A stretch of DNA of 64,000 nucleotides from Alphaproteobacteria bacterium (GTDB lineage: Bacteria > Pseudomonadota > Alphaproteobacteria > UBA6615): assembly GCA_022449545.1 (NCBI GenBank), contig JAKUPN010000009.1, forward strand, positions 6,764-70,763. Reading direction: 5' to 3'. Under the pieces are notes generated by a model. It saw only the letters and a program-made list of their open reading frames with translations, was not told the origin of the DNA and did no database searches. Shown here piece by piece: positions 29,372 through 38,930 of the stretch. A program made the position numbers and the translations under genes. Within the stretch, counting starts at the first letter, position 1; every line of letters begins with the position of its first letter.

Positions 29372-30363
29372 TTCGCTCCTTCCGCCGGTGAACCGACATC
29401 TTGAACGTCAGTGAATGCATCAGACACATCAGGCCAAGGCGCCTCATGCGCATCAGAAACATAATTGGCTATCAATTCTTTAGCCTGATCTTTGGCTTTA
29501 TCAATTTCTTCTATAGAAACTCCTTGATCCTTCAACCAAGTTTCTGTTCTAGGCATTGGCTCATTTTTTAATGCACTTTCAACTTCACTTGGATTTCGAT
29601 AAAGAGCTTCATCATGAGCATAGTGTCCTTTAAGTCTGTAGGTCATTGCTTGAATTAATTGTGGACCACTTCCTGCACGGATTTCATCGACAACTCTTGC
29701 AGCTGTGCTATCCACTAATAAGAGATCATTGCCATCAATAGTGATTGCTGGAATCCCATAGCTTTTTGCCCGAGCTTCAATTCCATCTCCTGCAGTAACA
29801 GTTTTCGTAGTCGTAGTTGCAGCAATTTGATTATTCTCACAAACGAATAAAACTGGCAATTCGTATACCTTTGCCCAGTTTAGAGCTTCCATGAATGGAC
29901 CCCTGTTGATACCACCGTCACCTATAAAGTTTACTATAATCTTATCTTGTTTGAGTAACTTTATCGCCTGCGCAGCACCTACCGAAATTGTACACCCATC
30001 AGCTATTACCCCATTTGCACCAAGCATTCCAACGGAGAAGTCAGCAATATGCATTGAGCCTCCCTTTCCCCCGCTGGTGCCTCCTACTCGTCCAAACAAT
30101 TCTAACATCATTGCCCTAGGATCAGCCCCTTTGGCGATAGAGTGACCATGACCTCTATGATAGCTAGTGAGCAGGTCATCATTACGCAAATTTTCACAGA
30201 TTCCTACAGCGATAGCCTCTTCACCAATATATTGATGGACAGATCCTCTTACATTTCCCGCATGAAAATTCTCTGCAGCAGCTTCCTCAAATGCTCTAAT
30301 AAGAAGCATTTTTTTATACATATTAAATATTCTAGCCGGCTCATTCGTTTGGACTTGCGCCAC
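29368..30363 (-). CDS. ThDP-dependent dehydrogenase E1 alpha subunit (acetoin/pyruvate dehydrogenase-like)
   Basis: HRGHGH, GKGGSMH, GDG...ENN ThDP motif, TYRLKGH. Confidence 0.92.
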   Translation of the reverse strand: MAQVQTNEPARIFNMYKKMLLIRAFEEAAAENFHAGNVRGSVHQYIGEEAIAVGICENLRNDDLLTSYHRGHGHSIAKGADPRAMMLELFGRVGGTSGGKGGSMHIADFSVGMLGANGVIADGCTISVGAAQAIKLLKQDKIIVNFIGDGGINRGPFMEALNWAKVYELPVLFVCENNQIAATTTTKTVTAGDGIEARAKSYGIPAITIDGNDLLLVDSTAARVVDEIRAGSGPQLIQAMTYRLKGHYAHDEALYRNPSEVESALKNEPMPRTETWLKDQGVSIEEIDKAKDQAKELIANYVSDAHEAPWPDVSDAFTDVQDVGSPAEGAN

Positions 30364-30496
30364 TCTTTTTTCTCCTTCTTAATACAATATCTATAGCATT
30401 GGCTTACGGCTAATTACTGTTAGTATTACTCGGCAGATCCATCAGGTAAAGATAAACTAGACATGAAAACTCCATAAGAGAGAAAATGGTGACAAT

Positions 30497-32260
30497 ATGA
30501 ATAAAAAGACCACTGAGACACTTAGCGGAGATAACGTGCGCCTCGAGATGTCGGGTGGCGAAGTTCTTGCAGAAATGTTCAAACGTCACAAAGTAGGACC
30601 GATGTTTGGAATGGCGGGGTTTCAGCTACTACCATTCTATGACGCAGTGCGTAATCTGAGCATGGATCATACTTTAATTGCAGATGAAAGAAGCGGAGCA
30701 TTTATGGCTGATGCCTGGGCTAGAGTCACCTGTCGACCAGGCGTATGTGATGCTACACTGGGCCCAGGAGCTACAAACCTGTTAACCGCGCTTACAGAAT
30801 CTTTAAATGCGGGAATTCCAGTCATAGCAATGATTGGAGATACTAATCGTGTTCATTCTTGGAAAAACATGACACAAGAGACAAACCAAGTTGAAATGCT
30901 TCGCCCAGCTGTAAAAGAAGTCATTAGAGTAGAAGTCGGCACACGTATTCCCGAGCATGTTAGATACGCATATACGGTGGCAACATCAGGTCGACCAGGG
31001 CCAGTTCTCTTAGACGTGCCAGAAGATATATGTCATGGAGTATTTGAATTCGATGCTGACGACTTATTTATAGATGAATCAACAATAACTTCGCCAGCTA
31101 TTAGAACGCGACCTAGCTTGGAAGACATTAAAAAATCTGCTTCGTTACTTTCCAAGGCTAAAAGACCAATAATTCTTGCCGGTGGTGGTGTCCATATATC
31201 GCAAGCTCAAGAAGCTCTAACCGCATTTGCAACGGAACAGTCAATTCCAGTAGCTCACACTTTATCTGGCAAGGGATCAATAGCTTGCACCGACAAACTT
31301 TCTTTGGGCCTATTTGGTAGATATGATCGCACTGCTAATCAGGTCATCGATAATAGTGACTGTATTTTAGTAGTCGGTTGCAAACTTGGCGAAATAGCAA
31401 CCAAACGTTACACTATACCACGCCCTGGTATCCCAATAATACACCTAGATATCTATCCTGAAGAAATAAGCAGATGGGCTAAGACAGATATACGGCTTTG
31501 GGGTGATGCACGAGAGAGCCTTAATGAATTGCGTGAAGCGCTTTCCGCAAACTCTGAAAATACTAGAAAGAAAAGAGATTCATACATTAATGAACTTACA
31601 AAAGGCAAAGATAAATGGAGGGCAGATGTAAATGCACGCCTAACGTCTAAAGAAGAACCAGTTAATATGGCTCGCTTGTGTCATGAGTTAAACAATGTTT
31701 TACCCGCAGATTCAATATTAGTTGCCGATGGTGGTTTTGCAGCTCACTGGACAGGGCTACTGTATGATACAAAACAATCAGGCAGAGGTTTTATAGTAGA
31801 CAGAGGGATGGCATCAATAGGATATGGTGTCGCTGGTGGTATTGGAGCACAATTAGCGGCTCCTGAAAAATCGGTTTTTTCCCTGACAGGTGACGGCGGA
31901 TTAAATATGACTCTGGGTGATTTAGAAACGGCAGCGCGTCTAAAGGTCCCCCTCACCATGATCGTAGTCAACAATGCGGCCTCAGGATATATAAAGGCTT
32001 TACAGCACGCTATGTTTAGTGGCCGTTATCAGTCTTCAGATCTATCAGATTTGAACTATGCAGATATAGCTGAATCACTTGGATGTAAGGGGATAAGAGT
32101 TACTAAACCAAACAAATTAGCTGAAGCCTTTAAAGAAGCACTATCAGAACGCAATTTGCCTACCCTGATAGATGTAGTTGTTACGCGAGACGCAGCACAA
32201 ATGCTTCCAGGGGTCGATAACCGATCAGCACCAATCAAAAAAGGCGACCGAATTGCCTAA
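30497..32260 (+). CDS. ThDP-binding enzyme, acetolactate synthase / decarboxylase superfamily
   Basis: DERSGAFMADAWAR, GPGATN, GRPGPVLLDVPED, GDGG...NN motif. Confidence 0.92.
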   Translation: MNKKTTETLSGDNVRLEMSGGEVLAEMFKRHKVGPMFGMAGFQLLPFYDAVRNLSMDHTLIADERSGAFMADAWARVTCRPGVCDATLGPGATNLLTALTESLNAGIPVIAMIGDTNRVHSWKNMTQETNQVEMLRPAVKEVIRVEVGTRIPEHVRYAYTVATSGRPGPVLLDVPEDICHGVFEFDADDLFIDESTITSPAIRTRPSLEDIKKSASLLSKAKRPIILAGGGVHISQAQEALTAFATEQSIPVAHTLSGKGSIACTDKLSLGLFGRYDRTANQVIDNSDCILVVGCKLGEIATKRYTIPRPGIPIIHLDIYPEEISRWAKTDIRLWGDARESLNELREALSANSENTRKKRDSYINELTKGKDKWRADVNARLTSKEEPVNMARLCHELNNVLPADSILVADGGFAAHWTGLLYDTKQSGRGFIVDRGMASIGYGVAGGIGAQLAAPEKSVFSLTGDGGLNMTLGDLETAARLKVPLTMIVVNNAASGYIKALQHAMFSGRYQSSDLSDLNYADIAESLGCKGIRVTKPNKLAEAFKEALSERNLPTLIDVVVTRDAAQMLPGVDNRSAPIKKGDRIA

Positions 32261-32281
32261 AATATTATTTAAGAGGAAGAG

Positions 32282-33283
32282 ATGAAAGCCAAAAACTCTA
32301 CCAATTATCCTGATCGCATACTAGAAATGTACAAAACAATGACTCTTATTCGTGCCTTTGAAGAGATTGCTGAAGAAGCCTTTGATGCTGGATTAGTTAA
32401 TGGTTCAATTCATCAATATATAGGCGAAGAGGCCATAGGAACGGCAGTATGTGCAAACCTAAAAAGAAGCGATTATATTCTCTCAAATCATCGTGGACAT
32501 GGGCATGCTATAGCAAAAGGTGCTGACCCTGAGGCAATGATGAAAGAACTATTGGGAAGAGAAGGAGGGACAAGTGGCGGCAAAGGAGGATCAATGCACA
32601 TAGCTGACTTTTCTGTTGGAATGTTGGGAGCGAATGGAGTGCTTGCTGACGGCCTAACTATGGGAGTAGGAGCCGCACAAGCTTTAGTTTTAAGAGAAGA
32701 GAACGCAATAGTTGCCGTGTTTGTAGGAGATGGCACAACGAATCGCGGCCCCTTCTACGAGGCTCTTAATTGGGCTATGATTTATAAACTGCCAATTCTT
32801 TTTGTTTGTGAAAATAATACTTATGCATCTTCCACAGCAACACAAACTGTAACCGCTGGACCTGGACCAGTTGCACGCGCAGAAGCTTTCGGCATGCCTG
32901 CTTTTGATGTGGATGGAAACGATGTCTGCGCCGTGGATGAAATAGCTGGCACATTAATTGAAAAAATACGTAATGGTCATGGCCCTCATTTTCTTCACGC
33001 ACGGACTTATCGGATCAAAGGACATATCTCCCGAGATAAAATGCTTTATAGACCAGAGGGGGAAACAGAGGCTCATTTAGTAAATGAACCTCTTCTAAAA
33101 TGCAAAGATTGGATGATTAAAAACGGTATCAAACAAAAGGAAATTGATGATATTAGCAGCATGGCTTATGAGCAAATTAAGGAAGCTCTTGAAGCAGCTA
33201 AGAATGCACCCTTTCCCGACAAAACACTCACCTATACAGATGTGCAGGATCTAGGCAATCCATATCTTGGAGGCAGCTCATGA
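32282..33283 (+). CDS. ThDP-dependent dehydrogenase E1 alpha subunit (second paralog)
   Basis: HRGHGH, GKGGSMH, GDG...ENN, TYRIKGH. Confidence 0.92.
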   Translation: MKAKNSTNYPDRILEMYKTMTLIRAFEEIAEEAFDAGLVNGSIHQYIGEEAIGTAVCANLKRSDYILSNHRGHGHAIAKGADPEAMMKELLGREGGTSGGKGGSMHIADFSVGMLGANGVLADGLTMGVGAAQALVLREENAIVAVFVGDGTTNRGPFYEALNWAMIYKLPILFVCENNTYASSTATQTVTAGPGPVARAEAFGMPAFDVDGNDVCAVDEIAGTLIEKIRNGHGPHFLHARTYRIKGHISRDKMLYRPEGETEAHLVNEPLLKCKDWMIKNGIKQKEIDDISSMAYEQIKEALEAAKNAPFPDKTLTYTDVQDLGNPYLGGSS

Positions 33284-34269
33284 CTAATAACAAAATGACC
33301 CATGCCTCAGCAGTACGTGAAGGACTAGCTGAAGAAATGAGGCGAGATCCATTAGTTTGGGCATTAGGTGAAGATCTAAGCACGGCTCATGGAGGAACAA
33401 GCGCTGATCAATATCGTGGATTAATAGACGAATTTGGAGAAAAGCGAATTGTAAATACGCCAATTTCTGAAAATACTATAATGGGTGCCGCTGTGGGAGC
33501 TGCAGTAGCTGGAACAAGACCCGTTGCAGATTTACGAATGGCCGATTTTGCAATGTGTGCAGTTGACGAACTTGTTAATCAAGCCGCTAAAATTCGATAC
33601 ATGTTTGGTGGACAAGCAAGAGTCCCCCTAGTGGTACGCCAAGCAATAGGAGTACGTAAAGGTGGGGCAGCTCAACACTCACAATCAACAGAAGCATGGT
33701 ATATTCATACCCCTGGTCTAGTAGTTGTAGCTCCCGCAACAGCAGCTGATGCTAAGGGATTGATGAAATCTGCAATACGAGCTGACGACCCAGTTGTATA
33801 TATGGAGCATAAAGATCTTTGGATGGCTGAGGGTGAAGTTTCAGAAGACCCGGAAGAATTAGTCGAAATTGGTAAAGCAAGCATAATGAAATCGGGAAGT
33901 GACCTAACTCTTGTTTCTTGGTCAAAAATGGCTCTACTTTCTCTGGAAGCCGCCAAAATCCTTGAAGTGGATAATATTTCAGTCGAGGTTATAAACTTGC
34001 GCAGTCTCTGGCCCTGGGACAAAGACTTGGTCTATAAATCGGTCTCCAAAACGGGACGTCTCCTAGTGGCACAAGAATCAGTTCAAGTAGCAGGGTTTGG
34101 AGCAGAAATTTCTGCTGACGTGACAGAAAATCTAAATGATCAACTAAAAACTCATGTCCGTCGCATAGGAGCGCCAAGAACTCCTGTTCCTTATGCGGAA
34201 ACAATGGAAAACGAATATCGTGTAACAACAGAACGCATTATTGAAAAAGTAAAAGAACTGATGAGTTAA
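33280..34269 (+). CDS. ThDP-dependent dehydrogenase E1 beta subunit (intact paralog)
   Basis: LGED, NTPISE, NQAAK, AQHSQS, EVINLRSL; ATGA overlap with the alpha gene. Confidence 0.92.
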   Translation: MTNNKMTHASAVREGLAEEMRRDPLVWALGEDLSTAHGGTSADQYRGLIDEFGEKRIVNTPISENTIMGAAVGAAVAGTRPVADLRMADFAMCAVDELVNQAAKIRYMFGGQARVPLVVRQAIGVRKGGAAQHSQSTEAWYIHTPGLVVVAPATAADAKGLMKSAIRADDPVVYMEHKDLWMAEGEVSEDPEELVEIGKASIMKSGSDLTLVSWSKMALLSLEAAKILEVDNISVEVINLRSLWPWDKDLVYKSVSKTGRLLVAQESVQVAGFGAEISADVTENLNDQLKTHVRRIGAPRTPVPYAETMENEYRVTTERIIEKVKELMS

Positions 34270-34278
34270 AAAACCCCT

Positions 34279-34950
34279 CTATTGAAAAATAGATTTAAGT
34301 TTTCTTACTGCACACTCCGGAGCCGTAAGAATGGGACGTTCTGCTATAGTAGAAATTTTTTTGGCTACTCCCCCCATGGAAAATTGACCTAGCATTAAAC
34401 TATCGCACTCAGTTACTTTTTCTGCAGCTTCAATTATCAATGAATCTGAGCCTTCTTCGTCACCATCTAGTATTTTCTGAAACGCTCCTTCTGCAACCTG
34501 AGATGTAATAGAAAAATCAAGAGATCTTTCGTCAGTATATCTAATAATATCATTCGTTAGAAAACCAAGGGATGATTGGGCACTTGTCACTACACCCAAC
34601 CTTGGTCCGTGCTTAAGCCCTTCTTCAATCATAGCTTCAAATGAAGTTAATATTGGAATATCAAAACCCTTTCTTCCTTCTTCAACTAATGGACCAAAAA
34701 CTGAACCACAAAATATTATACCATCAGCGCCAGTCGTCTTGCTGTAGCTGAAAAGCTCAGCAATTCTCGCATAGGCCTCATCAGGATACTCTGGGCTTAC
34801 TGAGAAATCGGGATTAACAAAATCAGCATATAACGATTCATCTAACAAACACACTGATGATGCCTCAGGCCACAAAACTGAAAAAGCCTCCCTAACAGCT
34901 GGAAAAGCTACATCAACAGGAGAAATTATTCCTATTCTGATGCGTGACAT
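34279..34950 (-). CDS. Asp/Glu/hydantoin racemase superfamily protein
   Basis: LLDESL, GADGIIFCGSVFG, LMLGQFSM, PILTAP. Confidence 0.75.
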   Translation of the reverse strand: MSRIRIGIISPVDVAFPAVREAFSVLWPEASSVCLLDESLYADFVNPDFSVSPEYPDEAYARIAELFSYSKTTGADGIIFCGSVFGPLVEEGRKGFDIPILTSFEAMIEEGLKHGPRLGVVTSAQSSLGFLTNDIIRYTDERSLDFSITSQVAEGAFQKILDGDEEGSDSLIIEAAEKVTECDSLMLGQFSMGGVAKKISTIAERPILTAPECAVRKLKSIFQ

Positions 34951-34985
34951 TTCAAAATATCTCCAAAAATAATGAGTGACTTTAC

Positions 34986-35306
34986 TTACTGCATTGGTGA
35001 AAAAGAAACTGGCTTGAGAATTTTATTTTCCATTTTCACTAAAAGCTCTGATGCCTTTAGCTCTTCAATATATTCAAGCCATCCTGGATCCTTATACATC
35101 TCCGTTCGACGCCTCTCTCGTTCACCTTGGTTTTCATAACGCCATAAATGAACGATTTGGCTTAGATCTCCAACATCACATGTAAACATACCAATAAAGT
35201 CTTCAAGATATTTCATCTGATATGGTAAAGCCATTCTTTCCCAAAGAGACAAAAAATCTCCCGTGCGAGCAGCTTTCGTATAATAAGTACGATGATCAAT
35301 AATCAT
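34986..35306 (-). CDS. NIPSNAP family protein
   Basis: DHRTY, HLWRY...R..R...DPGW, ILKPVSFSP. Confidence 0.9.
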   Translation of the reverse strand: MIIDHRTYYTKAARTGDFLSLWERMALPYQMKYLEDFIGMFTCDVGDLSQIVHLWRYENQGERERRRTEMYKDPGWLEYIEELKASELLVKMENKILKPVSFSPMQ

Positions 35307-35433
35307 AATGCCTCCTCCCTTAGAAGGGTAATCTCATTAAAAAACTTCATAACTTAGAGAGCCAGAAGCAAATTTCACTAGTTGAAATATGATAATAAAT
35401 AAAACATAAGCAGTCGTACTAGCTGTCTTTTAC

Positions 35434-36210
35434 TCAATCTTTGTATGAGGGATCAATTTGATCTAAACGACGCAAAAAACCGGGCCAATCAGCACTTCCA
35501 CGACCAGAATCATGTGACTTCCTTTGTGCTTTATATGTTTTTAGTACTTCTTCTGAAGGCAAACTAAATTTTGCTCCGGTTGCCTGAAGTCGTAATTGTA
35601 GTTCACAAGCATCCGCTATATCACGCATACGAACAAACGCATCCCTCACAGATTTTCCGCATGTTACCACACCGTGATTACGCATTAACAAAACGTTTTT
35701 ATCTCCGATATTACTGGCAATACGTGCGCGTTCTTCTAAATTTTCTGTTATACCCTCATAGTCGTGATAGCCGATATCTCCGATAAATCGCATTGCAGTC
35801 TGAGACACTGGAAGTAAACCATCAGTTTGATTGGCTACAGCTATACAGGCTGGTATATGTGTATGATAACAACAGTTCACATCCTTCCGATCTTTCAGAA
35901 GCCCTCCGTGCAAGGTAAACCCAGGTCTATTGACATGCACTGACTCATCGACATCTTTCTGAGTCATATCAACTTTAACAAGATTTGATGCGCTAACTTC
36001 ATTGTAAAGAAGTTCATGGGCTTTAATTAAAAAATAGTTTGGTTCATCAGGAACCCTCATAGATATATGATTATAGATACTATCTGCCCAACCATATTCA
36101 TGCGCCAACCTATAAGCAGCAGCAAGATCAACTCTTGCCGTCCATTCAGACTCCCCAGCCTGATGACGTAATGAGGGTATATCCCTCAGGTTATCAACAT
36201 TAGCATTCAA
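35434..36210 (-). CDS. Class II aldolase/adducin family protein
   Basis: RVDLAAAYRL, NHIS, HTH, YHDYEG, LMRNHG. Confidence 0.92.
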   Translation of the reverse strand: MNANVDNLRDIPSLRHQAGESEWTARVDLAAAYRLAHEYGWADSIYNHISMRVPDEPNYFLIKAHELLYNEVSASNLVKVDMTQKDVDESVHVNRPGFTLHGGLLKDRKDVNCCYHTHIPACIAVANQTDGLLPVSQTAMRFIGDIGYHDYEGITENLEERARIASNIGDKNVLLMRNHGVVTCGKSVRDAFVRMRDIADACELQLRLQATGAKFSLPSEEVLKTYKAQRKSHDSGRGSADWPGFLRRLDQIDPSYKD

Positions 36211-36277
36211 CTTTTTACTTCCAAAGAAAATTGATTTTTATATTTAATCAGGCTTAGAAAAGTATAATTATTCAATA

Positions 36278-37678
36278 TCAGACACGTAGAACTTTTCCAG
36301 GATTCATAATATTTTCTGGATCCAAGGCTTTTTTTATACTTCTCATTAAGCTAACTGCCTCCCCGTGTTCAGCAATCAGGAAATCTATTTTTCCTGCTCC
36401 AATACCATGCTCTCCGGTGCATGTGCCCCCCATGGCTAAAGCCCTTTTAACTATTCGATCATTGCAATCTTTCGCTCTTTTCATTTCTTCTTCATCATCT
36501 ATATCAACCAGAAATATACTATGAAAATTTCCATCCCCTACATGCCCAACAATGGGTGCATCAAAGCCGGATTCTTTCGTATCCAGTTCAGTCTCTGAGA
36601 TACATTCAGCTAACTGAGATATAGGAACACAAACATCAGTAGAAATACCCTGTTTACCTGGAGCTTGCGCAATACAAGCATGATAGACATCGTGCCTCGC
36701 CTGCCACAAATTGTTACGCTCTTCTGTTGAACTGGCCCACTGAAACGCTGACCCACCAAACTCATCAATAATAGCCCGTACTTGGTTAGTCTGTTCCTCC
36801 ACATTGGCTTCACTTCCATGAAACTCATAAAAAAGAGTAGGTTTGGATTCATACTGATCTAGCTTTGAATACTGAATAGTCCAATCCATCATTAAAGAAT
36901 CTAAAAGCTCTATTCTCGCAACTGGAATGCCGGACTGTATTGTTAATATAACACTATCAACGGCATCAGCGGTTGAAGGAAATTGGCACACTGCAGAAGT
37001 TATTTTTTCTGGAATTCCATGAAGTTTAAGATGAACTTCAGTTATAACTCCCAGTGTCCCTTCCGAGCCAATGAAAACTCGAGTTAAGTCATAGCCAGCA
37101 GAAGATTTCTTTGCCCTGCCACCCGTCCTCACTATTCTACCATCAGCGGTAACTACTGTAAGGCCGATGACATTCTCACGCATAGTTCCGTATCGGACAG
37201 CATTCGTACCACTAGCTCTTGTGGCGGCCATTCCACCAATGGAAGCATCTGCGCCAGGATCAATGGGAAAGAAAAGACCTGTATCTCTTAGATGTTCATT
37301 CAATTGTTTTCTGGTTACACCAGCTTGAACACGACAATCAAGATCTTCAGGGTTGACCTCTATTACTGCATTCATCTGCATTAGGTCTATAGTAATTCCA
37401 CCATGAAGCGCCGTTACATGTCCCTCAACCGAAGTGCCTGTTCCAAATGGAATTACTGGAGTGCTATAGTTCGCACAAATTTTTACAATTTCAGCAACTT
37501 CTTCAGTTGAATTCGGAAAACAAACGGCATCAGGAGGAAAGGCAGCAAAATAATCTTCTCCATGACCGTGATGTTCCCGAACAGCCATAGTAGTCGTAAT
37601 TCTATCTCCTAGCAAATTGCCCAAATCTTCAATTACTTCTGGGTTTACTTCCCTAGGTACTTTAGCAACATCCGACAT
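36278..37678 (-). CDS. FAD-linked oxidase, D-lactate dehydrogenase (cytochrome) / GlcD family
   Basis: GTSVEGH, FPIDPGADASIGGM, SSAGYDL, GHVGDGNFH, GEHGIG, NPGK. Confidence 0.92.
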   Translation of the reverse strand: MSDVAKVPREVNPEVIEDLGNLLGDRITTTMAVREHHGHGEDYFAAFPPDAVCFPNSTEEVAEIVKICANYSTPVIPFGTGTSVEGHVTALHGGITIDLMQMNAVIEVNPEDLDCRVQAGVTRKQLNEHLRDTGLFFPIDPGADASIGGMAATRASGTNAVRYGTMRENVIGLTVVTADGRIVRTGGRAKKSSAGYDLTRVFIGSEGTLGVITEVHLKLHGIPEKITSAVCQFPSTADAVDSVILTIQSGIPVARIELLDSLMMDWTIQYSKLDQYESKPTLFYEFHGSEANVEEQTNQVRAIIDEFGGSAFQWASSTEERNNLWQARHDVYHACIAQAPGKQGISTDVCVPISQLAECISETELDTKESGFDAPIVGHVGDGNFHSIFLVDIDDEEEMKRAKDCNDRIVKRALAMGGTCTGEHGIGAGKIDFLIAEHGEAVSLMRSIKKALDPENIMNPGKVLRV

Positions 37679-37774
37679 AACAGATTCACCTTTATTTGTT
37701 TATATCATAACAAGTTCTACTAGTGGGTATTATAAAAAACATAGCCTCATGTATAATAAACAAGCAAATAATAA

Positions 37775-38809
37775 TTAATCGAGTGTAGGGTCAAGTATCA
37801 CCTTCCCTATACCGGAACGGCTATCAACTAATGCATGGGCTTCTGCTGCTTCACTTAACGGCATCACTCGGTCTATTAGTGTTTTTATCTCTTGTTCCCC
37901 TGCTAATTTAAGTGCCTTATCTAATCCCCCCGGCTGTTCACGTGGCTCGCCAATAATTTGAAGCTGAAAAAGATAGAGTTTCCAAAGGTCCAGAGACACT
38001 TGACCTCCGGCGTGTGCCCCAGCAGTCACAAGTTTTCCTTCCCTACCAAGACTGTTAAAAGCACCGTTAAAAAGATCAGGGTCACCTATGTTTTCACAAA
38101 CTAGTTTCACTCCCTGCCCCTCCGTTATTCGGGAAACTTCCTCTGCCAAATCTTGTGATCTATAATTAACACCAAAATCTGCTCCCACCGACATCGCAGC
38201 CTCAACTCTCACATCTGCACCAGCTGCGGCTATTACGTTAGCACCATTTAGTTTTGCCACCTGTACGGCAGCACTACCCAAACCTCCAGCAGCTCCCATA
38301 ACTAGCACCCAATCATTTTCAGAAATATTTCCAATACCCTCTACTTGATTAATGGCGGTGGCTAAATGTCTTCCGATTACAGTCGCATCATAGAATTCTA
38401 AGTTATCTGGAATTGAATGGACTACAGAATCAGGAACTTTAACATATTCGGCATAACCACCCCAGACATTTACCCCAAGAAAATCAACACCTCCTACTCC
38501 TGGTAACTTCACTGCTGACGGATCATCCGAAGGAACAAAAAGACTACAATAAACACGATCACCAATTTTACAATTTTCTACTTCCTGACCTACTCGCTCA
38601 ATTACACCAGAAGGATCAACTCCAAGCACATGAGGAAGCGGAGGAGTGCGAGCATAATTATTAGCTCGCACTTCTAGATCAAGAGTTCGATTAACCGACA
38701 CAGCCTGTACTTTTACTAAAACATCATTTAGCCCGAGCTCCGGTGTTGGTATTTCCTCGTACTTAAGAACTTCTGGCCCACCAAACTCATGCATAACTGC
38801 AGCTTTCAT
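37775..38809 (-). CDS. MDR superfamily oxidoreductase (quinone oxidoreductase-like)
   Basis: MKAAVMHEFGGPEVL, GGYAEY, GAAGGLG, GKVIL. Confidence 0.88.
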   Translation of the reverse strand: MKAAVMHEFGGPEVLKYEEIPTPELGLNDVLVKVQAVSVNRTLDLEVRANNYARTPPLPHVLGVDPSGVIERVGQEVENCKIGDRVYCSLFVPSDDPSAVKLPGVGGVDFLGVNVWGGYAEYVKVPDSVVHSIPDNLEFYDATVIGRHLATAINQVEGIGNISENDWVLVMGAAGGLGSAAVQVAKLNGANVIAAAGADVRVEAAMSVGADFGVNYRSQDLAEEVSRITEGQGVKLVCENIGDPDLFNGAFNSLGREGKLVTAGAHAGGQVSLDLWKLYLFQLQIIGEPREQPGGLDKALKLAGEQEIKTLIDRVMPLSEAAEAHALVDSRSGIGKVILDPTLD

Positions 38810-38890
38810 TTCCTACCCCTGTTATAATTGTTTTGTTATAACCTTTTCGAACGAAGACTATTAATTTCCAAGTAATAGTGAAAGTAAATG

Positions 38891-38917
38891 TGAACTGAGG
38901 ATACTAACCTCAGTTCA
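38891..38917 (-). terminator. Hairpin downstream of the CocE/NonD gene (probable terminator or stabiliser)
   Basis: Perfect 10-bp inverted repeat TGAACTGAGG / CCTCAGTTCA with a 7-nt loop, 13 nt after the stop. Confidence 0.65.
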
Positions 38918-38930
38918 AAGAAACTAATCA

